Positions 16,276-26,959 of a stretch of 64,000 nucleotides of DNA are shown in pieces. Under the pieces are notes generated by a model. That model saw nothing but the letters and a program-made list of their open reading frames with translations. It was not told the DNA's origin and did not search any database. The translations under genes were made by a program, and so were the position numbers. The DNA comes from Octopus vulgaris. Taxonomy: Eukaryota. The first letter of the stretch is position 1. Every line of letters begins with the position of its first letter. The stretch is from positions 84,630,001 to 84,694,000 of the forward strand of contig OX597818.1 of NCBI GenBank assembly GCA_951406725.2, written 5' to 3'.

Positions 16276-16880
16276 TGTATGTATGTATGTATGTATGTAT
16301 GTATGTATGTATGTGTATATATGTTCATGTGTTTGTTTATGTGTTTGTCCCCTCATCACTGCTTGACAACCGGCGTTAATGTGTTTACGTCCTCATAATC
16401 TAGTGGTTGACAAAAGATACCAATAGAATAAGTACTGGAGCACTCCGTCGGTTACGACGACGAGAGTCCCAGCTGATACGATCAACGGAACAGCTTGCTC
16501 GTGAAATTAACGTGCAAGTGACTGAGCAATTCACAGACACGTGTACCCCTAACGTAGTCCTCATGGAGATTCAGTGTGATACAGGGTGTGACAGGACTGG
16601 CACTTTGAAATACAGGTACAACTCATTTTTGCCAGCTGAGTGAACTGGAGCAACGTGAAATAAAGTATCTTGCTCAAGGACACAACGCGTCGCCGGGAAT
16701 GGAACTCAAGACCTTACAATCGTGAGCCGAATGCCCTAACCACTAAGCCACGCACCTAAGTACCAGGTTTTTTAAAATATATATACTGGGGCCGATTTAT
16801 TCGACTAAAATTTTTCATGGTGATCCCCAGCATGGCCGCAGTCTAATGACTGAAACAAATATAAGGTAAAAAATATGAAA
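16005..16880 (+). mobile_element. tRNA-derived SINE with an opposite-strand SINE nested at ~16436-16757
   Basis: A and B boxes at 16016-16069; the body is interrupted after AATAAGTAC and resumes at AAGTACC; the insert carries a reverse B box GGGAATGGAACTC. Confidence 0.75.
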
Positions 16881-17164
16881 GATATAGGTAAAGGGCGATT
16901 GCTTAAGTTGTTTGTTTCCTTTTCACATGATTTTTGGATTTAACTACAGTTAATTGAAGTTCTCTAATCAAAATCAACACTAATTATTGGGTGTGAACTG
17001 ACAAAAAAGACGATTCTACAGAACCAGGTTCGGTAACTGTTAGAGCTAACTAGAGAAAAATACAATGGCGTCCAAATGCAGTTGATTCGCTATCTTAGCG
17101 GACAGTTCGTTGTCATTGTAGCTGTTATTTTTGCTGTCGTCATTGTTGATGGTGAGGAGGATAG

Positions 17165-17415
17165 TGGTGGTGCTGTTAGTGGTGGTGGTGGTGGTAAGAT
17201 TGTAGTGGTAGGGAGTAGTAGCTATGGTTGTGGTGGTGGTGGTGGTGGGTGGTGATGATCATGATGCTGCTGCTGATGATGATAATGATGATGACGATGA
17301 TGATGACGATGATGATGGCGATGATGATGGCGATGATGATGATGATGATGATGATGATCATCATCATCATCATCGTGATGGTGATGATGGTGATGTTGAT
17401 GTCGACGACGACGTT
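17165..17415. repeat. (GGT)n/(GAT)n microsatellite
   Basis: Seen directly. Confidence 0.9.
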
Positions 17416-18566
17416 GCATTTTGTTGTTTCGACCCAGGTGAATCTTGATTGAAGAAAACTATAACGAATAATCAAAACACATCCCAACCGTAAACACATC
17501 ATCTGTTTTGGGTTTTCATTTTTTCGTCCCGGAATAGCATATCTAGGATTATATTATCTAATGTATCCTATTCCCTGCCTCACTTTGTCAAGACTGATTT
17601 TTAGGGTATTATACGAGGAAAAATTTTTTATCATTTGTAGTAGGTTTAGCGCAACCATTACAGATTGGCTATTTGGCCAAACTTAAAACTCGTGGTATTC
17701 AACAGTGCCTCAGTTACTAATAGTTTAGCCACTATTGTTTGCAGGTCAACTCTAACCCGAATTGTAGCCTCTGTCAGAGTTTCTATTTATGGGATAATCA
17801 ACAAATTAGGGATTTCCTACCCATGTTTGTGAAGACTAGACCCGGCAGACTCTAAGAAAGAAACGGAATGCGGGAGACTCTACGAAAGAAACGGAGCAAG
17901 ATGATGGAGGCAAGAAAATCATATTGGTCATCTCCTGTATCTGTCCATATTCAGTCATCTTGACCGGGTCTTGCCACTGATGTGAAGATGGTAACTAACA
18001 AGAAAGTAAAGTTGATAGTGCGCAACTCAACTTTATACGGAGTTACTACGCATGTCATCAATCTTCCTTAATCCATTAGCATTTAATCCAATCATGTCTT
18101 GTCCAAATATTCGACCTGTTTCCTACTTTAGTTTTAACTGACCAGATCCAACCTCTCACTTGTACCCCACAATGTCATCCTAAAAATAAACTCTTGAAGC
18201 TGCAAGATAATGCATGATTAATTCAAAATGATGTAAATAAATAAGCAATACATTTGACAAAGAAATCTGAATGCTAAATGGTCAAGGATGGCTAAATGAC
18301 CATCGTCGTTCCGACGGATGATAATACAGTTGCCAATGTATTAAGCAGGTACGAGAAGCAGATGTATTATAACGCGGCCAGAGTTCAGCAAAAAATTGTA
18401 TTCCAGGTTAGAAATACGTTACACATTATTCCTAAAAAGATCGCTACGTGTTTTTGTACCTCCTACGTTCCCATTGCCTAACGTTTTAACCTAACCAAGT
18501 TACGTTTTTTCCTTATTCTTTTCCATTTTTTTTTATCTTTGCTATCTCTCTTGAACTTCCCTCTAT

Positions 18567-18599
18567 TATCCGATGAAGGAACATATCCGAAACGTTATA
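18567..18599 (+). ncRNA. Minimal hammerhead-like motif
   Basis: TAT CCGATGA A GGA-ACATA-TCC GAAA CG TT ATA; short stems, U4C and one extra core nucleotide. Confidence 0.45.
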
Positions 18600-19190
18600 T
18601 TTTTTACTGAATAAATTTTACATGGGACTTTGTTGTTGTTGCTTTTTTGTTATTTGTATTTGATTTGGTTATACAAAACTCAATAGAGTAACACTGCAAG
18701 TTTGTATCTAGGTTTAATAATAAACTTTACAACAACGAGAAAATATCTTGGCATTTACGATTATAAAATCACTATTGATTCAACTTGCTGCGATTCTCAA
18801 AACTTCTATGTTTTAAACAAAGTGCTGTTATCTCTTTAATGCTTCTAAGAAAGAAAGTTCTCTACAAATCAAAATAAATAGATAGCTTTGAAATACTTGT
18901 AAGATAAGCAGTAGTTTCAATGTAGCTAGAAGTTCCTACTTAAGTTTCTCACGACAAAATGTTAGTAGGAAACTGACGAAAAAGAAAAACGATTGTGAAA
19001 TTGCTTTTGGTTGTTTGGGCTTTTTTTCTTCTATTTTTCTTTTATTCTTTGGATTCTTATGCTGAAGACCAGACAACACGGTACAAGATTAATTCCGCTG
19101 CGAAAATATGTGTGTATACATACATACATACATACATACATACATACATACATACATACATACATACATACATACACATACACACATGCG

Positions 19191-19312
<122 letters not shown>

Positions 19313-19547
19313 ATATTATTTTATATATTTTTATTTATATATCTAAATATATATATTTATACATCTATCTATTAATACAATATCATTTTGGATGTATATT
19401 TTCTGTGATGATTTTTTGATGTAATTTGCCTGCTCTTAAATTATAATATAATATATAATCGCTCTTATTAAATATCTAAATACTTTTAATGTTTTAGATA
19501 TTTCCCTACCAAGAGCAATTATTAGAAATTCAGTATATTGTATTCTC

Positions 19548-19585
<38 letters not shown>

Positions 19586-19647
19586 TGTATATATGTGTGA
19601 ATGTGTGTGTGAGCTTGTATGGACAAATGTACAAACGTACATACATA

Positions 19648-19689
<42 letters not shown>

Positions 19690-19823
19690 TATGTATATAT
19701 ATGTATATATATATATGTATATATATATGTATATATATGTATATATATGTTTATATATGTGTATATATATATGTATATATACACACACACATAGATAGAT
19801 GTACATACATATATACGTATATT

Positions 19824-19876
<53 letters not shown>

Positions 19877-19944
19877 ATATTTATGTATATACACACCCAC
19901 CCACACTTAGATAGATGTACATACATATATACATACATACATAT

Positions 19945-20169
19945 ATACCGGAGTAAACACATAAATGTGAAACAAGGTGGAAAAAAAGAGTACTCAAATA
20001 CCAAGGGTAGAGTAATATGCTTTATTTAAAAGCAGCAGAAATTCAACAAAACCTGTTACTCGAAGTTTCACGTTCCCGTTCGTCGGATAGTTTTGTAAAA
20101 ATTGAACCGATATGACGAACGGGAACGTGAAACTCCGAGTAGCAGGTTTTGTTGAAATTCTGCTGCTTT

Positions 20170-20170
<1 letters not shown>
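19945..20170. mobile_element. ~150-bp HHR mini-element (minus, 19945-20096) plus inverted partial copy (plus, ~20113-20170)
   Basis: 20030-20084 is the reverse complement of 20114-20170; homologous to 50311-50504 and 51491-51712; both flanks are (TA)n. Confidence 0.75.
20046..20096 (-). ncRNA. Type I minimal hammerhead (CCGACGA core)
   Basis: ACAAAACTAT CCGACGA ACG-GGAA-CGT GAAA CTT-C-GAG TA ACAGGTTTTGT. Confidence 0.65.
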
Positions 20171-20202
<32 letters not shown>

Positions 20203-20621
20203 TGGGAAGTGTACATGATGGTATATTGGTAATAATACTAAGACTAGTCAGAAGTCATGGAATTATCCCTTAGTTTATTTATATATAAATTTTCCAAGGA
20301 AGTGTTATAAAATAGAACGAAAGAAAATATTATGAAATATAAATAAAATGAAGCAAAATATTTAAGAACTGTTTTGAGCAGGGCTTGTGAGCATTTGTCC
20401 GTTTATTCTAGAAGCACTAGCACTCTCAAGAGCAAGACGAAAAGTTCTTTAATGTAAGAACGTAAATATTTTACTTTGTTTTACTTTTTTTTATTTTGTT
20501 CTTCAGTTTCGTTTTATTCTTTCCTACATGTGCGCGTGCTTCTGTGCGTATATGTGCGCGAATATACACATGTCCATTAAATGTGAGTGTGCGTATGTGT
20601 GTGCGTGCATGTGTGTATGCG

Positions 20622-20663
<42 letters not shown>

Positions 20664-20723
20664 TGTACGTATGTATGCATGCATGTATGTATATATGTAT
20701 GTATATATGTGTCAATGGAAGAG

Positions 20724-20892
20724 GAAAACAAAACCAAGGCAGGGCGAGCATCTCAGGTCATTTAGAATATTTAATTAAAGGTGGATCAAAAAGAAGTAGA
20801 AGTAATTACTTCTACTTCTTTTTTGATTGACCTTACTCTAATTAGATATTCTAAATAACCTAAGATACTCGTCCTGCTTTGGTTTTGTTTTC
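20724..20892. repeat. ~170-bp imperfect palindrome (MITE-like or fold-back)
   Basis: Arms are complementary throughout; 36-bp perfect palindromic centre at 20788-20823. Confidence 0.85.
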
Positions 20893-21049
20893 TTTTAATA
20901 TATACCTGCTGACCCGGAAGCCTACTACGGATCCCTAGCTCCATCCTCAGCTGTGAGCTTGGAACGTAACGGATGACCAATTATAGCATTTAAGCAGTGT
21001 ACCAGTGAACTAAACTCCTCATATTGTATGACTATATGTATATGTATGT

Positions 21050-22008
21050 ATGCACAGAGGCCATCCTGACTCCCGTTTGCGCCGTGAACAGGAATTAATC
21101 TTCTCTCTTCGCTCTTTTATGCCATTTGGGCTCAACTCTCCTCCTCTCTTCATCTAACCTTTTCCCCTTGCCTCTCTCCCCCTCCCTCCTACTTCCTCCC
21201 ACTCATCTCTCCTCTCTTGCTCGGACTCCTACTTCTCTTCACCCCTACTCTCTTTCTCTCTTACTCTCTATCTCTCTCTTCTCACACACCCACCTTTCCC
21301 TTCCCCCTTCATCGTCAACCCTCCTCCATAAGCCCACCCCATCCCTACACATTCCTACTCCACCTTCCCTATCCTTCCCATCCTCCCATCCCATCCCTTA
21401 CACCCTCTCCCACATACCCCACCTCCACCCCCACTTGCCTACCCACAAACCCTACCTCTATACCCACCATGTACCTACCCACATACCCCAACTCTACCCC
21501 AACCCTTAGCCTAACCCACACCACACTCGTGCTTTCCCCATTCTCGCCTCCCCACCTCCCAGCAACATCACACCACACTACACCATACCACACTACACAT
21601 CACATCACAACACACCACCCACGCACCAGCACTGACAAATTCCCATCCCCACATTTTCACACCTACACATACACACACGCAACATCAAGACCAACAGCCC
21701 TCTTTCACACGCACATACATACTCTCTTATACCCACACGCACCTTCGTTTTGGGAGCCATCTTTACTTTGTTACCTCCCCTACTTCTTCGCTCTCTTGTG
21801 TGACCCTTCTGTCAAGCGGTCGCCATGATAGATCAGTAGCCACTACACACATTTTTTTCTCCCCTTGCTTTTTCTGTGTCCCTTTCTGTAAAAGGGCGTA
21901 GGCTCGAAACGTAAAAGACTTTTTCTATTCCTAAGCGTTATACTAATACATCTGTTTGTTTTATACACCACCTGTCTTCGTTTTTTGTTGTTTTTTTGTG
22001 AATACTTC

Positions 22009-22011
<3 letters not shown>
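21050..22011 (+). mobile_element. 3' remnant of a second Penelope-like family (end of GIY-YIG ORF, 3'UTR, degenerate HHR)
   Basis: 'HRGHPDSRLRREQELIFSLRSFMPFGLNS' fits the R..RE...I..L....P.GLN C-terminus of PLE endonucleases; followed by a C/A-rich UTR, an HHR-like motif at 21882-21917 and (TA)n. Confidence 0.65.
21882..21917 (+). ncRNA. Degenerate minimal hammerhead motif
   Basis: CTTT CTGTAAAA GGGC-GTAG-GCTC GAAA CG TA AAAG; stems I and II pair but the core is mutated. Confidence 0.5.
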
Positions 22012-22071
<60 letters not shown>

Positions 22072-22325
22072 GGTGCTCCAACATATACATATATATATTA
22101 TATATATATATAATATATAATATATATATGTATATATATATAATATATAATATATATATACATATATACATAGGCGCATGAGTGGCTGTGTGGTAAGTAG
22201 CTTGTTTACCAACTACATGGTTCCGGGTTCAGACTTTTTCTATTCCTAAGCGTTATACTAATACATCTGTTTGTTTTATACACCACCTGTCTCCGTCTTT
22301 TGTTGTTTTTTTTGTGAATACTTCC

Positions 22326-22441
<116 letters not shown>

Positions 22442-23257
22442 GAAATGAAGAAAATGCTGACAAATAATTGAAGTAATTTAAGTAATTTAATTAGGTGAAA
22501 GTTCTTTTTACCGGTTGCGCATTTGTTATGCTTATCAAAATATAAAAGAGAGATTAGAGTCTGTCTCTTATATGTGAAAAAAAGAGGCTCCAGAGTTGTT
22601 TGGGATTTGCTTGGTTTCGCGCCTAAAATTTTGATTGGTCATTATGAAGGGGTCACGTGAATGTTTGAATGGAAGTTGGTGTTGGGGTAAGAAAAAAGGC
22701 TCCAGAGAAGTTAAAATTTGGCTAGTGTCCCGCCTAAAATTTCTTATTGGCCATAATAAAGAGGTCACGTGAATGTTTAGAATTTTCGAAAATAGTGTTG
22801 TTGAAAATTCTTATTGTTCAGGCTGGTCAGTAGACGTCATGTGGATATTTTAAATAGCTTTTTAGCGCGTAGTTAGGGAGTGTATTTTCCGCTTGACTGG
22901 ATAAGTAAGTTCGTTTAGAACAGGGAGAGCTGTATGTATGTATATGTGTGCGCGCGCGCGCGCGTGTGTGTTTATATGTATGTTGGGGCGCGCGCGCGTG
23001 TATATATGTGTGTGTGTGTGGGTAAAATTTTCAATATTTATAGTTCTGCTGGCCTTGTGCCTGTATCGGGAAGCAACGTATTTGTGTGAAGTCAATATTT
23101 ACAGCCATTTCCAAAAAATAGTGTTGGATGTTTTGCACCCGTATTCAATTATATGTATGTGTGGAACCATATATTTGTGTGTGTCATGGTGTTAATATCT
23201 GGGTAAAGGTGTGTGTAGGGTGTGTGCAGGTGTAAGTGTGTTTGTTGTGGGTTCGTG

Positions 23258-23803
23258 TTAGGGGCATGTGTTTAGAAGTGGTCTGTATTTATTAATAAGG
23301 TGGGATTCCATGGTTATTCGCTGGGTATGAGTGGCATTGTCTTTAAATTTGTAGAGGGGAAAGATTCTAAAATTGGGATGGAGTTGTGCGGCACAGGTAT
23401 CAATATGTGCACTAAATGCTATTTTTCTATATTCCTGTATTTTTATTTGGGATCTGTGGACAGACATGCGTTGGCGGAGGCTATTTTTTGTTTGGCCTAT
23501 GTAGTGTTCATTACAGCCCGAGCAAGTTAAGACATATACTAGGTTTTCTGATGCGCATGTGAAGTTGTGTTTTACTGTGAAACGTTGTCCTTGTTTAAAA
23601 AGGAATTCCGGACCTTCTATTAGGTTGATGCATATACCACAGTTGGGTCTATTGCATTTGTTTACTGTGGGTTTAGTTGTTGTGGTTGGCAGTACTTTGG
23701 CATTTGTTAGGATGGTTTTCAATGATTTGGGTTGCCTTTTGCTCTTTATGATTTCGTGTGTTAGGAGGATTTGGTTCATTCTATGGTCCTTTTGTAGTAA
23801 CAT
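23258..23803 (-). CDS. Inverted duplicate of the GIY-YIG endonuclease domain (181 aa)
   Basis: Identical to the C-terminal ~179 aa of the plus-strand ORF; the ATG comes from sequence across the inversion junction. Expression unknown. Confidence 0.6.
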   Translation of the reverse strand: MLLQKDHRMNQILLTHEIIKSKRQPKSLKTILTNAKVLPTTTTKPTVNKCNRPNCGICINLIEGPEFLFKQGQRFTVKHNFTCASENLVYVLTCSGCNEHYIGQTKNSLRQRMSVHRSQIKIQEYRKIAFSAHIDTCAAQLHPNFRIFPLYKFKDNATHTQRITMESHLINKYRPLLNTCP

Positions 23804-25191
23804 TCGATGTAGTCAATCTTTACTCCAACATCCCCCACAACCTAGGAATAGAAGCTATCCAATTCTGGCTGGATAATTACTCCAACGAACTCCCACACCG
23901 CATCAAAAAGGAATTTATTTTAGAAGGACTCAAATTCATCTTAGAGAATAATTTCTTCACCTTCAACAACAAATTCTACAGACAGAAATCAGGGACGGCA
24001 ATGGGAACGAAAACAGCTCCCACTTACGCCAACTTAGTCATGGGATACCTGGAAATCACCCTCTATAATAACGTTCTTAACCAATTTGGCACCACTCTCC
24101 ACACACACATAGAGAAGAACTGGAAGAGATATCTTGATGACTGCTTCATCCTTTGGCCCGAAACCGTCGAGAAGCTTAACGAATTTCACACTCTTATAAA
24201 TGGGCTCAACACAAACATTATTTTCACAATGGAATACAGCCCTCAACAAATTCCCTTCCTCGACATCCTCATTAAAATTCACAACAAAAAAATAGAAACA
24301 GACATATACTACAAGCCCACAGACTCCAAGCAATACCTCCCTTTCAATTCATGCCACCCTAGACACGTTAAAATTAACATTCCCTACAACTTAGCCAAGA
24401 GAATTTGCACTATAGTCTCCAATAAAAACACCCGTCTCTTACGTCTACAAGAACTCAAGGGCACATTAACAAGCAGGGATTACCCCACGTCACTAATTGA
24501 CAATGGGATCCAACGCGCCCTAAAACTCAGCACGCAGGAACTTAGACGCCCTAAACCTGTTACATCGAAACCCCATACTCTACCATACATCTCTACACAC
24601 AACCCCCTCAACAATGAAGCTTTTGACACCATCCTCCAGAACATTCCTGTATTACAAAAGGACCATAGAATGAACCAAATCCTCCTAACACACGAAATCA
24701 TAAAGAGCAAAAGGCAACCCAAATCATTGAAAACCATCCTAACAAATGCCAAAGTACTGCCAACCACAACAACTAAACCCACAGTAAACAAATGCAATAG
24801 ACCCAACTGTGGTATATGCATCAACCTAATAGAAGGTCCGGAATTCCTTTTTAAACAAGGACAACGTTTCACAGTAAAACACAACTTCACATGCGCATCA
24901 GAAAACCTAGTATATGTCTTAACTTGCTCGGGCTGTAATGAACACTACATAGGCCAAACAAAAAATAGCCTCCGCCAACGCATGTCTGTCCACAGATCCC
25001 AAATAAAAATACAGGAATATAGAAAAATAGCATTTAGTGCACATATTGATACCTGTGCCGCACAACTCCATCCCAATTTTAGAATCTTTCCCCTCTACAA
25101 ATTTAAAGACAATGCCACTCATACCCAGCGAATAACCATGGAATCCCACCTTATTAATAAATACAGACCACTTCTAAACACATGCCCCTAA
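23758..25191 (+). CDS. Penelope-like reverse transcriptase plus GIY-YIG endonuclease, N-terminally truncated (authentic sequence starts at ~23794)
   Basis: RT motifs 'FDVVNLYSNIP', 'YRQKSGTAMGT', 'RYLDD', 'IPFLDI', 'YYKPT', 'SCHP'; Cys linker 'CNRPNCGIC'; GIY-YIG 'NLVYVLTCSGCNEHYIGQT...RMSVH...H...E..LI'. Confidence 0.93.
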   Translation: MLGGFGSFYGPFVVTFDVVNLYSNIPHNLGIEAIQFWLDNYSNELPHRIKKEFILEGLKFILENNFFTFNNKFYRQKSGTAMGTKTAPTYANLVMGYLEITLYNNVLNQFGTTLHTHIEKNWKRYLDDCFILWPETVEKLNEFHTLINGLNTNIIFTMEYSPQQIPFLDILIKIHNKKIETDIYYKPTDSKQYLPFNSCHPRHVKINIPYNLAKRICTIVSNKNTRLLRLQELKGTLTSRDYPTSLIDNGIQRALKLSTQELRRPKPVTSKPHTLPYISTHNPLNNEAFDTILQNIPVLQKDHRMNQILLTHEIIKSKRQPKSLKTILTNAKVLPTTTTKPTVNKCNRPNCGICINLIEGPEFLFKQGQRFTVKHNFTCASENLVYVLTCSGCNEHYIGQTKNSLRQRMSVHRSQIKIQEYRKIAFSAHIDTCAAQLHPNFRIFPLYKFKDNATHTQRITMESHLINKYRPLLNTCP

Positions 25192-25670
25192 CACGAACCC
25201 ACAACAAACACACTTACACCTGCACACACCCTACACACACCTTTACCCAGATATTAACACCATGACACACACAAATATATGGTTCCACACATACATATAA
25301 TTGAATACGGGTGCAAAACATCCAACACTATTTTTTGGAAATGGCTGTAAATATTGACTTCACACAAATACGTTGCTTCCCGATACAGGCACAAGGCCAG
25401 CAGAACTATAAATATTGAAAATTTTACCCACACACACACACATATATACACGCGCGCGCGCCCCAACATACATATAAACACACACGCGCGCGCGCGCGCA
25501 CACATATACATACATACAGCTCTCCCTGTTCTAAACGAACTTACTTATCCAGTCAAGCGGAAAATACACTCCCTAACTACGCGCTAAAAAGCTATTTAAA
25601 ATATCCACATGACGTCTACTGACCAGCCTGAACAATAAGAATTTTCAACAACACTATTTTCGAAAATTCT

Positions 25671-25872
25671 AAACATTCACGTGACCTCTTTATTATGGCC
25701 AATAAGAAATTTTAGGCGGGACACTAGCCAAATTTTAACTTCTCTGGAGCCTTTTTTCTTACCCCAACACCAACTTCCATTCAAACATTCACGTGACCCC
25801 TTCATAATGACCAATCAAAATTTTAGGCGCGAAACCAAGCAAATCTCAAACAACTCTGGAGCCTCTTTTTTT
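25671..25872 (+). promoter_or_regulatory. Two tandem ~112-bp units in the pLTR with TCACGTGA, CCAAT and E2F-like motifs (putative internal promoter)
   Basis: AAACATTCACGTGACC...CCAAT...TTTTAGGCG(GGA/CGAAA)...CTCTGGAGCCT occurs twice; mirrored at 22577-22778. Confidence 0.4.
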
Positions 25873-25899
25873 CACATATAAGAGACAGACTCTAATCTC

Positions 25900-25946
25900 T
25901 CTTTTATATTTTGATAAGCATAACAAATGCGCAACCGGTAAAAAGA
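25900..25946 (+). ncRNA. Variant minimal hammerhead-like motif at the Penelope 3' end (mirror copy 22503-22549, minus)
   Basis: TT TTGATAA GCA-TAACAAA-TGC GCAA CCGG TA AAAAGA; U3/A8 in place of C3/G8, GCAA in place of GAAA, palindromic stem III ACCGGT. Confidence 0.5.
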
Positions 25947-26045
25947 ACTTTCACCTAATTAAATTACTTAAATTACTTCAATTATTTGTCAGCATTTTCT
26001 TCATTTCCTTTTTTATATATCACCACTCGTGTTCGACATCTCCTT

Positions 26046-26127
<82 letters not shown>

Positions 26128-26131
26128 TACA

Positions 26132-26552
26132 TAGGCGCAGGAGTGGCTGTGTGGTAAGTAGCTTGTTTACCAACTACATGGTTCCGGGTTCAGTCCCACT
26201 GCGTGGCATCTTGGGCAAGTGTCTTCTACTATACCCTCGGGCCGACAAAAGCCTTGTGAGTGGATTTGGTAGACGGAAACTGAATTAAGCCCGTCGTATA
26301 TATGTATATATATATATGTATGTGTGTGTATATGTTTGTGTGTCTGTATTTGTCCCATCCAGCATCGCTTGACAACTGATGCCGGTGTGTTTATGTCCCC
26401 GTCACTTAGCGGTTCGGCAAAAGAGACCGATAGAATAAGTACTGGGCTTACATAGAATAAGACCCGGGGTCGAGTTGCTCGATTAAAGGCGGTGCTCCAG
26501 CATAGCCGCAGTCAAATGACTGAAACAAGTAAAAGAGTAAAAGAGTAAAAGG
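26132..26552 (+). mobile_element. Full-length tRNA-derived SINE
   Basis: GGCGCAGGAGTGGCTGTGTGG A box, GGGTTCAGTCCC B-box-like, internal (TA/TG)n, (AAAAGAGT)n tail. Confidence 0.85.
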
Positions 26553-26579
26553 GTAAACATATATATATATATATAATAC

Positions 26580-26657
<78 letters not shown>

Positions 26658-26704
26658 ACATATATACATATATATATATATATTCATTCATTCAGGAGGC
26701 CGAT

Positions 26705-26935
26705 GCTCACCCTGAACGAGGGTGGTCTTCCAGCGAAAAGTGACTATTCCTAAAAGACGAATACCACTCGTACGCTTGTATTTTGTTCATGGCAGCATCC
26801 TTGTAAGCTGTGTGAAGCATGTCAACTGTTTCGGCTGCCATTTTCCCCAGCAAATAACAGATTTTCACGGAAGCACGCTGTTCCTTCGTTTCAGCCATGA
26901 TAAAAAACGACGAACAGGAGAGAAGCGCTCCAAAA
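26705..26935 (-). mobile_element. Mariner transposase N-terminal HTH fragment
   Basis: '[58 protein letters not shown]'. Confidence 0.85.
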
Positions 26936-26959
26936 CAAAGACGCACCACATAGCAGTAG

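Noticed and set aside
18972-19005. CTGACGA...GAAA hammerhead-like words (similar isolated CTGATGA at 4845, 49061, 57812)
   Set aside because: No stem I, II or III pairing around them.
23758-23793. Apparent start of the 477-aa ORF
   Set aside because: The first ~12 codons are antisense sequence from the inverted arm; the RT is truncated and has no native start.
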